From the NCBI GenBank assembly GCA_026394195.1, contig JAPKYS010000054.1, positions 20,583-84,582 on the forward strand: 64,000 bases of DNA, in the 5' to 3' direction. The notes under the pieces are model-generated. The model was not told where the DNA came from and ran no database searches. It saw only the letters and a list, made by a program, of their open reading frames with translations. The stretch comes from a bacterium (lineage in GTDB: Bacteria; Electryoneota; B3-LCP). The position numbers and the translations under genes are program-made. Below, one piece after another: positions 45,467-53,679 of the stretch (the first letter of the stretch is position 1; each line of letters starts with the position of its first letter).

Positions 45467-45877
45467 CACTTTTACGTTTAGAATTTGGGACCTTAGGTGG
45501 GATTTTGTGCTCAATTGCCTGATTAAATTAACCAAGTGGCAGCACAATTGCAAGGCAAATTATCAGAATTTAGACCTCAGTTTGTAAGATGGTGGAAGAA
45601 GAGTAGAGGTTTTTTTTAAATTCGTCATTCTTCAATCTTCAATCTTCAATCTCCAATTCGCAGCTGGGTGCCCCACAGCTCTGCTGTGGGTTGCTATGCT
45701 GGAGAAAACCGTAGTCGAGGTCGTCTGGCTTGCCATCCCTTCGGGGCCTGACCCCGACGGGAGTCAGTCATTCCGGCAAGCGAAGCGCGTCCGGAATCAC
45801 CTTGCCGTTACCGCCAACCTCGCCCCGCCCTGAAGGATGCGCCTTTTTTCTCGTGACTCGTGACACGTGACTCGTGG

Positions 45878-46100
45878 CTATTTTAAAATAACCACCTTCC
45901 CCGTCACCCGTTGCTGACCGGCGTCGAGGCGGATCAGATACACCCCCCAGTGCGCCCCTACAGCCCTCCCCTCCACATCGAACAATTCCACCCGCACCAA
46001 GCCCGCTCCCGGCAGCGTAAACCGCACCACCGCTCCGGCATTGGACGGGTTGGGGAAGAAAAAAGGCAGCAGAGAGCCGCCTTTAAGATTATTGAACCCG
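45878..46100 (-). pseudogene. Orphan, degenerate T9SS C-terminal sorting domain remnant (no upstream cargo body)
   Basis: Minus-strand frame reads ...FFFPNPSNAGAVVRFTLPGAGLVRVELFDVEGRAVGAHWGVYLIRLDAGQQRVTGKVVILK*. It has the CTD pattern (NPxN..I.F.LP.....V.L.V.D..GR.V....GKxVLLK) but lacks the middle segment. It is bounded upstream by the AT-rich island. Confidence 0.5.
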
Positions 46101-46116
46101 TCAAAGGAGCGTAGGA

Positions 46117-46971
46117 TTAGTCTGCCTTAGGGAACCATAGCATAGTAGCTCCAATGTGCTTATAAATAAATGACGAAAAGAATCTCTGCTTCACCCAAGG
46201 GCGAAGTGAATCAGGAATCGGTCCAAAATTTGCTTCTGTTACTTTGTTAAGGTCAAAACTCCAAATCTCATCGTTTCCGCCAATCTCTTTGAGGGCGCGA
46301 AGAAGATTTTTATTTGAATCCGCAAGAGAAGTCATGGGATATTCAGCCAGTTTATTTTTCAAAGAAGTGAAATTATCCTTGCTTATCTGCTCCTCTTCAC
46401 TATGCAAGAGGAAATACTCAGAATCCTCAGTAAAGGTAACAGATTTATGCCGTCCCGTAATCTTTTTGACGTCAAGGTGGGGGACCATGTCTAAAAGCCT
46501 ACCCTCCTGCCATGCAAGGTATAGATGTTGTTTCTGTAGAGTAGAGTTGGTAGCGTAAAATGTCGGGTAATTTTTATCTGCAAGGCCCTTTAAACGGTCC
46601 CATTGATGATAATCATCCACATATTCTTTAGCAGCATTTCGGGTAATGAAGGGAATCTTGAAACGATAAAATTCTTTACCCCAATGCTTCCACTCACTTG
46701 CCTTATCCGTAGTTAAAAGCCCAGAAAGCTTATACTGAAGGAAAAAGTTGCAACCTTCAGGATCAACGAGTTCAGTAGAGGGGAGCCAATCAAAATAGAA
46801 AGCAGTATCCCATCCAAGATTGAATTCAGCCCTCAGAGAAGGAACAATTGGAAGAATCCACACTCCTCTCTGTTTAACTATGTACCGAGTATATGCAGTA
46901 TTTACTGCTTGTTGAAGTTGAGATTCTGAGAAATCCGGTTCGCGCATAGAGTTCCTAATTCCATATCCCAT
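46117..46971 (-). CDS. Hypothetical protein (AT-rich island gene B, 284 aa)
   Basis: ORF in an about 40% GC segment. ATGA overlap with the upstream gene. Confidence 0.5.
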   Translation of the reverse strand: MGYGIRNSMREPDFSESQLQQAVNTAYTRYIVKQRGVWILPIVPSLRAEFNLGWDTAFYFDWLPSTELVDPEGCNFFLQYKLSGLLTTDKASEWKHWGKEFYRFKIPFITRNAAKEYVDDYHQWDRLKGLADKNYPTFYATNSTLQKQHLYLAWQEGRLLDMVPHLDVKKITGRHKSVTFTEDSEYFLLHSEEEQISKDNFTSLKNKLAEYPMTSLADSNKNLLRALKEIGGNDEIWSFDLNKVTEANFGPIPDSLRPWVKQRFFSSFIYKHIGATMLWFPKAD

Positions 46972-47504
46972 TAATTTGTTTCAATATCGTAATCTCCCTT
47001 CTTAGGATTAAAAAGAAATTTAACCTCTTGGGGGTAATCCTTCGCTGCAATTAAAAAAATTCGACGAATTTCTGCTATTGGTATTCGCCATATACAGTCA
47101 TTGCGATCATAATCTGAAACCACAAAAACGTCGCTCCAATTTCTACTCGCATCTCTAACTACAATGCTTGTGTACGCATGAATGAATTGGTTGGCAATAT
47201 ATCCAGGCTTTTTGATCTCGAGAATCTCTTGGTCCAAATTATAAAGCTCCCATATTTTGTGTCCATTTAGTTGAGTCACATTTTTGCCATGCGCCTGACA
47301 TGAGAACACGTTTAGCAGGTGTTCGCGAGTAGCTGTTGAGACTAGGCATAACTCAACCATTCTACGCACTATAAAGAAGCCTATCATAATATCTCGTTCG
47401 ATGATGCACTCAGCTCTATGGCTCCAGCGAGGTGGTTTAGGAACTCGGCGAAGGCTCCACGCAATGCGTTTAAGTTCTTCTTTCCAGTAACAGGACTCAA
47501 TCAT
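46971..47504 (-). CDS. Hypothetical protein (AT-rich island gene A, 177 aa)
   Basis: ORF translationally coupled to gene B. No family recognised. Confidence 0.5.
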   Translation of the reverse strand: MIESCYWKEELKRIAWSLRRVPKPPRWSHRAECIIERDIMIGFFIVRRMVELCLVSTATREHLLNVFSCQAHGKNVTQLNGHKIWELYNLDQEILEIKKPGYIANQFIHAYTSIVVRDASRNWSDVFVVSDYDRNDCIWRIPIAEIRRIFLIAAKDYPQEVKFLFNPKKGDYDIETN

Positions 47505-47656
47505 TAATCAACTACAGTTTAGAGATGATTAGATTAGCTTACCGTCAGATTCGATCTGGTGGTTCGATTTTTTAGCACGTCGTTAATACTATCAACCAGA
47601 GGTACCCGTCTCAGAGCTGAAGAGCCATTAAGGGATGATTATGTCCTGATGAAATT

Positions 47657-47866
47657 CTATGATTCTGTTAGGATAGCATCTAGTCCATTCCCATGTGTCG
47701 CCTTGTGGCATTGGCGATAAAGAGTGAGCCAATATTTTCGATCTTTTCTCTGGGCTTCGCTAGCCTCATAGAGGGCAATTCTATCCATGAGATCAAATGC
47801 AACCGCTTCCTTCGTTGATTGTTCAACCTTTACTGCGCCGGAAATTGACCTAGATGAGTCGGACAT
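47657..47866 (-). CDS. Small hypothetical protein (69 aa) in the AT-rich island
   Basis: ORF only. Charged, helical composition. Confidence 0.3.
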   Translation of the reverse strand: MSDSSRSISGAVKVEQSTKEAVAFDLMDRIALYEASEAQRKDRKYWLTLYRQCHKATHGNGLDAILTES

Positions 47867-48149
47867 TGATCTTTCTCCTCATTCATTATTAAGGTGGTAA
47901 AATTAGGCTATTGTAGTTCTTTTTTATAGCTAACTATATTTATTCTTGTCTATTCCTATTTCACAATATAACGAAATCTCCTCCCATAATCAAGTAATTT
48001 CTGCCATCTTTTTCTGCAAATCAGAACCCGCTTCAGAATTTGCGGGAGTGATTATTTAGGGCGGTATCCCCACCTTTTCTGGGCAGTCACGGACCATTCC
48101 GTGACTGCGTTCAAGATGGCATGGAATGGTCCATGCCACCCCAGATAAA

Positions 48150-48270
48150 ACGAAGCAATCCGGTCGACCTGGGTACGGGATTGCTTCGCTACGCTCGCAA
48201 TGACTGCTTTTTTCAGTCGTTTCAACGACTTGACGTCAACGAGCACCCGATTTCAATCGGGTGTTAAGCA
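48150..48270. repeat. Repeat modules CGAAGCAATCC..GGATTGCTTCG plus CGCTCGCAATGAC, GTCGTTTCAACGAC and AACGAGCACCCG..CGGGTGT
   Basis: Matches 50646-50720 (GTCATTGCGAGCGTAGCGAAGCAATCCGG..GATTGCTTCGG) and 49521-49534 / 49622-49657. Confidence 0.55.
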
Positions 48271-48434
48271 GCGGAACAGCCACCAACCCTGCCTCCGGAG
48301 CAGGCACTTGCTTCCATCTCGCTGAATTTTAGCCGGAACTTTTCGCACCATCTCTCGTTATGCTACTTGAGCCTCGCCAGAGGCTCCGACTTCCTATGAA
48401 ATAGACACAAATCATTGAAATTCAAGATTATACG

Positions 48435-49457
48435 TTGAGCGGAGGTTCTCCCGTGGCCATTACTCCCAGCTCCAAAGTCATCCAGGAAATCACTCGCCAG
48501 ATTGAAGAGCAATCGGCGTTTGTGGATGATCTGGTCGGACAGATACAGAACGAAATCGTCGGCCAGAAAAAGATGGTCGAACGGCTGCTGATCGGTCTTT
48601 TGGCAGACGGTCATATCCTGTTAGAAGGCGTCCCCGGTCTGGCGAAAACCATGGCGGCGAAGTCGCTGGCTATGGCGATCCAGGCGCGCTTTCAGCGCAT
48701 CCAGTTCACCCCCGACCTGCTCCCCGCCGACCTGATCGGCACCCTGATCTACAGCCAGAAGAGCGGCGATTTCACCGTCAAGCGCGGACCGATCTTCGCC
48801 AATTTCATCCTGGCGGATGAAATCAACCGCGCCCCCGCCAAGGTGCAGTCGGCGCTGCTGGAAGCCATGCAGGAACGTCAGGTGACCATCGGCGAACAGA
48901 CCTATCCGCTGGAAGCCCCCTTCCTGGTCTTAGCCACGCAGAACCCGATCGAACAGGAAGGAACCTACCCCCTGCCCGAAGCTCAGGTGGACCGCTTCAT
49001 GCTGAAAGTCCTGATCGATTATCCTCCCCGGGAAGAAGAGCGGGAAATCTTAAGACGCCATGCGGTCGCGCACCCCCTGAATATCAAACCGGTGATCTCG
49101 ACTCAGCAGATTTTGGAAGGCCGCCGCGCCGCCGCCATGATCTACGCCGACGAAAAGATCGAAAATTACATCTTGGACATCGTCTTCGCCACCCGCCAGC
49201 CGGAACAGTTCGGTCTGGCGAAATTGAAGAATTACATCTCCTACGGAGCTTCCCCCCGAGCCACCCTCTACCTGATGAACGCGGCAAAATGCCACGCCTT
49301 CCTGCGCCACCGCGGCTTCGTCATCCCCGACGACATCAAGGAGATCGGCCCGGACGTGCTGCGCCACCGCGTCACCGTCACCTACGAAGCCGAAGCCGAA
49401 GAGGTCACCCCTGAACAGGTGATTCAGGAGATTTTCAACAAAATCGAGGTACCGTAG
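48435..49457 (+). CDS. MoxR-family AAA+ ATPase
   Basis: Walker A GVPGLAKT, Walker B ILADEINRA, sensor and VWA-interacting C-terminus. 340 aa. TTG start in the track; GTG at 48452 is possible. Confidence 0.85.
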   Translation: MSGGSPVAITPSSKVIQEITRQIEEQSAFVDDLVGQIQNEIVGQKKMVERLLIGLLADGHILLEGVPGLAKTMAAKSLAMAIQARFQRIQFTPDLLPADLIGTLIYSQKSGDFTVKRGPIFANFILADEINRAPAKVQSALLEAMQERQVTIGEQTYPLEAPFLVLATQNPIEQEGTYPLPEAQVDRFMLKVLIDYPPREEEREILRRHAVAHPLNIKPVISTQQILEGRRAAAMIYADEKIENYILDIVFATRQPEQFGLAKLKNYISYGASPRATLYLMNAAKCHAFLRHRGFVIPDDIKEIGPDVLRHRVTVTYEAEAEEVTPEQVIQEIFNKIEVP

Positions 49458-49460
49458 GAA

Positions 49461-49657
49461 GTAACCAGGTATACAAGTGAACAAGTAACCAGGTAAAATG
49501 TTGACGGCTCTTGACACCAAGTCGTTGAAACGACTAAAAAAAACGTGTCATTCCGGCGAAGTCCGGAATCTGACACGTATCGCATGACATTGTTATCATT
49601 GGTTTTAACCAATTGATTTAAACGAGCACCCGTCCGCCTCAGGCGGATCATTCGGGT
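49461..49657. repeat. Intergenic repeat cluster (GTAACCAGG module 49461-49494, GTCGTTGAAACGAC hairpin plus A-run 49521-49542, ATTCC module 49544-49578, AACGAGCACCCG module 49622-49657)
   Basis: Each module matches copies elsewhere in the window. Confidence 0.55.
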
Positions 49658-49739
49658 GTGACCAAAGGCAACATAGTCGGGGTCGCCCCTGACCCCGACG
49701 GAGGGTAGCGCGGCAGCATGTGGCCGCAGGTAACCCAAG

Positions 49740-50615
49740 ATGGAAACTCGTGACATATTAAAAAAAGTCCGCCAGATCGAGATTAAAACCCGGGGCATCG
49801 TCGAAGAGATCTTCTCGGGGGAATATCACTCGGTCTTCAAAGGGCGGGGCATCGAATTCGCCGAAGTGCGCGAATACATTCCCGGCGACGACATTCGCGC
49901 CGTGGACTGGAACGTCACCGCTCGCATGGGGCAGCCGTTCGTCAAGCTGTTCGAAGAGGAGCGCGAACTGACTCTGATGCTGCTCTGCGACTTCTCTTCG
50001 TCGGGCTATTTCGGCACGCAGAAGCAGTTGAAAATCGAAATCGCCATCGAGGTGGCGGCGCTGTTAGCCTTTTCCGCCATTAAGAATCACGATAAAGTCG
50101 GACTCTTGCTTTTCACCGATTCCATCGAAAAATACGTCCCCCCCAAAAAGGGCAAGACTCACGTCCTGCGCATCCTGCGGGAATTGATCTCGTTCCAGCC
50201 GGAACGAGCCGGGACTAACATCAAGGAAGCCTTAAGCTACTTCAGCCGCTTGCAATCGCGCCGCTGCATCGTCTTCTTGATCAGCGATTTCTGGGATGAC
50301 GGCTATCAGGACGCCTTACGGCTGGTCGGCAAAAAGCATGACCTGATCGCCCTGACCTTGCGCGATCCCCGCGAAGAGACCATCCCGCCGGTGGGATTGA
50401 TCAAACTGCAGGACGCCGAAACCGGTCAGGAATTCTGGCTGGACAGCTTCGACGACAAAGCCCGAAAACAGATCCAAAATTTAGTCGCCGAAAAGCGGCG
50501 CAACCTGAAGACGCTGCTGCGCTCCGCGGGCGTTGATCAGATCGAATTATCCACGCCGGAAGACTATATTATCCCACTGAACCGCTTCTTCCGCATGAGG
50601 GCGAAACGGCGATGA
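49740..50615 (+). CDS. DUF58 domain protein (MoxR-partner, VWA-like)
   Basis: Conserved DIRAVDWNVTARMGQPFVK...LLCDFSSS block typical of DUF58. Follows moxR. Confidence 0.8.
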   Translation: METRDILKKVRQIEIKTRGIVEEIFSGEYHSVFKGRGIEFAEVREYIPGDDIRAVDWNVTARMGQPFVKLFEEERELTLMLLCDFSSSGYFGTQKQLKIEIAIEVAALLAFSAIKNHDKVGLLLFTDSIEKYVPPKKGKTHVLRILRELISFQPERAGTNIKEALSYFSRLQSRRCIVFLISDFWDDGYQDALRLVGKKHDLIALTLRDPREETIPPVGLIKLQDAETGQEFWLDSFDDKARKQIQNLVAEKRRNLKTLLRSAGVDQIELSTPEDYIIPLNRFFRMRAKRR

Positions 50616-51754
50616 TGCAGCAATCTGGCAATCTCAACTCGCGCGTCATTGCGAGCGTAGCGAAGCAATCCGGTAGATATGGGAACGAGATTGCTTCGGC
50701 TCCTGCGGAGCCTCGCAATGACTGCAAAAGGTCAAGTTCTTTTGTTAATTGGATCTCCAGTAGCCTGAGGACAGCCCGAATTCTGATTCTCTCGATATTA
50801 ATTTTTATCTCGTTCTCTTCCGCCTCCCCCGCCGCTGCGTCAATCACCGCCTCTCTGCAGGGTCTCCCCGACTCCACCAAATTCGGTGACCCGCTGAAAC
50901 TTCAGATAACCGTAACCTCTCCCCCAGATGGCAAGATTCTGCTGCCGGATTGGACCAAGGCGCTGGAGCCTTTTGAACTACTATCCCCCCCAGACACTTC
51001 GCAGCAGCAGATTGTCAACGGACAGCGGCAATGGAACCTCAAGCTGAACGCCGTCTGCTACCAGGCGGGAGCGCAGGTCTTTAAATCCCTCACCTTCAAG
51101 TGGATTTCCGCTGACGGGTCCGTCATTGATTCTGCTGCGACTGACGTAAAGATCGTAGAGGTTCAGAATGTCATCCCCGATTCGATCTTGGCTGTCGCCG
51201 ATTCCACTCAGCAGCCGCATCACCTGCTGCGCCCCAACCGTCAGTGGAAGCTGGGTTACTCATTGGCTGATTTTTATATCTATATCCTGATTCTGTTCGG
51301 AGCAGCAGCAGCGTACTTTCTCATCCGCTGGTACCTGCGCAAGCGCCGCAGCAAGGTAGTGGAAGCGGTTGCAGGACCTCCTCCCGAACCGGCGCACGTC
51401 ATCGCCCTGCGAGCCCTTGACCACCTGCGCGACCAGCAGTTGTTCCAGGCAGGGCGCATCAAAGACTACTACAGCGAACTCAGCGAAATTTTGCGGCGCT
51501 ACTTCGAACTCCGCTTCGACGTCCCCGCCATGGAATCGACCAGTTTCCAGTTGTTGCGGGACATCGAAGTACATCTCGGAGATAAAGAACTGATCGCTTC
51601 TCTGGAAACACTGTTGACCGACGCCGATCTGGCCAAGTTCGCCAAGCACCAACCGAATGCGAATACCTGTCAGCAGGACCTCGAGCAAGCGTATACCCTG
51701 GTCAATCAGACCAAGCCCGCTCCTAAACCGCTCCTTTCCGAGGAGGCGGCATGA
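50612..51754 (+). CDS. DUF4381-like membrane protein of the bat operon; N-terminal 40 codons are encoded by a dispersed repeat
   Basis: ATGA overlap with the DUF58 gene. Hydrophobic segment ILILSILIFISFSSASPAAA. TM helix YIYILILFGAAAAYFLIRWY. Positioned between the DUF58 and batA genes as in Bacteroides bat loci. Confidence 0.55.
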   Translation: MMQQSGNLNSRVIASVAKQSGRYGNEIASAPAEPRNDCKRSSSFVNWISSSLRTARILILSILIFISFSSASPAAASITASLQGLPDSTKFGDPLKLQITVTSPPDGKILLPDWTKALEPFELLSPPDTSQQQIVNGQRQWNLKLNAVCYQAGAQVFKSLTFKWISADGSVIDSAATDVKIVEVQNVIPDSILAVADSTQQPHHLLRPNRQWKLGYSLADFYIYILILFGAAAAYFLIRWYLRKRRSKVVEAVAGPPPEPAHVIALRALDHLRDQQLFQAGRIKDYYSELSEILRRYFELRFDVPAMESTSFQLLRDIEVHLGDKELIASLETLLTDADLAKFAKHQPNANTCQQDLEQAYTLVNQTKPAPKPLLSEEAA

Positions 51755-52554
51755 TCGAATTTAAAGATCCGCTCTACCTGCTGCTGCTCCTTTTGATACC
51801 GATTTTCCTGATCTGGAACTACTTCCGAGGCAGCCGGCGCAAGGTGGCGATTAAATTCCCAACCTTGAATCTGATTAAATCGACCGGAGGTGGTGTAGGC
51901 GCGAAATACCGTCACCTGCTGACTCTGCTGCGCTACGCCGCGCTGATTCTGTTGATTTTCGCGCTGGCGAGACCGCAAAAACTCTCGCAGGAAAAGAACG
52001 TCCAGACCGAGGGCATCGACGTCATGCTGGCTCTGGATATTTCCACCAGTATGCTGGCTGAAGATTTCAAGCCCAAGAACCGCATCGAAGCGGCGAAACA
52101 GGTGGCTGAAGAGTTTATAGCAGGACGAAACTCTGATCAGATCGGTCTGGTGGTTTTCGCCGGTCAGAGCTTCACCCAATGCCCTTTGACCCTGGATTAT
52201 ACTCTGCTGAAACAACTCCTCGAACGGGTCAACGTCGAGCTGGTGACGGGCGGACAGATTGAGGACGGCACCGCCATCGGTATGGCGATCGCCAACGCGG
52301 TCAACCGTCTGCGAGCCTCTCAGGCCAAATCCCGCATCATCATCCTGCTGACCGACGGTCAGAACAACCGCGGGGAAATCGACCCCCAGACCGCGGCGGC
52401 AGCCGCGCAGGCTTTGGGGCTTCGCATTTACACTATCGACCGGCGGGAAATACTATCGCGCCAAAGACACGGAGGCTCTGCGGCGCATTTACAGCGACAT
52501 CGACCGGCTGGAAAAAAGCAAGATCCGGGTGCACCAGTATCGCCAGAAATCTGA
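51751..52554 (+). CDS. batA: VWA domain protein BatA; frame disrupted near 52438. The authentic C-terminus (..TGGKYYRAKDTEALRRIYSDIDRLEKSK..) continues in the +1 frame to 52642.
   Basis: N-terminal TM. VWA MIDAS motif DISTSM. IYTI then frame switch. The +1 frame ends with ATGA overlap onto batB. Confidence 0.6.
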   Translation: MIEFKDPLYLLLLLLIPIFLIWNYFRGSRRKVAIKFPTLNLIKSTGGGVGAKYRHLLTLLRYAALILLIFALARPQKLSQEKNVQTEGIDVMLALDISTSMLAEDFKPKNRIEAAKQVAEEFIAGRNSDQIGLVVFAGQSFTQCPLTLDYTLLKQLLERVNVELVTGGQIEDGTAIGMAIANAVNRLRASQAKSRIIILLTDGQNNRGEIDPQTAAAAAQALGLRIYTIDRREILSRQRHGGSAAHLQRHRPAGKKQDPGAPVSPEI

Positions 52555-52638
52555 ATTATTCCTCCCTTATCTGGCTGTAGCGCTGCTGCTTCTACTGGCA
52601 GAAATATCACTCTCTTCGACTCGCCTGAGGACCATGCC

Positions 52639-53679
52639 ATGATTCGCTGGGGTTATCCACAGTTTTTTTATCTGCTGCTGTTGCTGCCCATATTGGGTGT
52701 ATTTCTGTTTATTATCAAACGGCGCAAGAATCGGCAGCTCAGGGATGCTTTCGCCTCCTCGACGCTGCTGGCTATGATCGCACCGGGGATATCGTTCACC
52801 CGACAAAGCCTTAAAGACGTCTTGTTGCTGGTCGCGCTGCTCTTCATGATCATAGCGCTGGCAGATCCTCAGGTGGGCACGCGCATCGAACAGATCAAGC
52901 GGGAAGGTATCGATCTGGTGATTGCGGTGGACGTCTCCTATTCGATGCTGGCGAAGGATATCGCGCCTTCCCGCCTGGAAAAAGCCAAGCATGAAATCCG
53001 CAGTCTGCTGGATCGTCTGCAGGGTGACCGGGTGGCGCTGGTGGCGTTTTCCGGGAAGGCGATCGTCGAATGTCCGCTGACGCTCGACTACGGAGCGGCG
53101 GAAATTTTTCTGGACGTGATCGACCCCACTCTGATATCCATGCCCGGCACTTCGCTGGCCGCAGCGATACGCACCTCGCTGAAAGCCTTCGCGGAGGACA
53201 GCCCTGCCAGCAAAGCCATGGTGCTCATCACCGATGGTGAAGATCATGAACAACAGGTAGATGAAGCCATCAAGGAAGCCAAAGCCAAGGGAGTTATCAT
53301 CCACGCCGTGGGGATCGGTTCGGTACAAGGCGTGCCGATTCCTGCCGGAGATCTGGGAGGCGACTTCAAAAAAGACCGGCAGGGCAACGTGGTGGTCACC
53401 AAGTTGGATGAAGCGATTCTGCAGCAGATCGTCTCCGAAACCGGAGGTGTGTATCAGCGCTGCAGCAGCAGCGAAGACGAATTGAAAGCCATCACCAACG
53501 CTATCGCCGGGTTGGAAAAGGGTGAGTTGGGATCAAAACAATTCACTCAATATGAGCATCGCTATCAACCCTTCCTGGTGGCTGCCCTCATCCTGCTGGT
53601 TCTGGAATTCCTGACCTCGGATCGCCGCAGACGGCTGCCGCGCTTCTTAAGAATCCTCTTTGCGGAGGAACAGAAATGA
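52639..53679 (+). CDS. batB: VWA domain protein BatB
   Basis: TM helices at both ends. VWA with DVSYSM MIDAS motif. 346 aa. Confidence 0.8.
   Translation: MIRWGYPQFFYLLLLLPILGVFLFIIKRRKNRQLRDAFASSTLLAMIAPGISFTRQSLKDVLLLVALLFMIIALADPQVGTRIEQIKREGIDLVIAVDVSYSMLAKDIAPSRLEKAKHEIRSLLDRLQGDRVALVAFSGKAIVECPLTLDYGAAEIFLDVIDPTLISMPGTSLAAAIRTSLKAFAEDSPASKAMVLITDGEDHEQQVDEAIKEAKAKGVIIHAVGIGSVQGVPIPAGDLGGDFKKDRQGNVVVTKLDEAILQQIVSETGGVYQRCSSSEDELKAITNAIAGLEKGELGSKQFTQYEHRYQPFLVAALILLVLEFLTSDRRRRLPRFLRILFAEEQK

Noticed and set aside
46117-47504. Assigning the island proteins to a named defence family (AbiE, Kiwa, Hachiman, CBASS)
   Set aside because: No nucleotidyltransferase GS..DxD, helicase Walker or TIR motif could be found by eye. 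They remain unknown pending profile searches.
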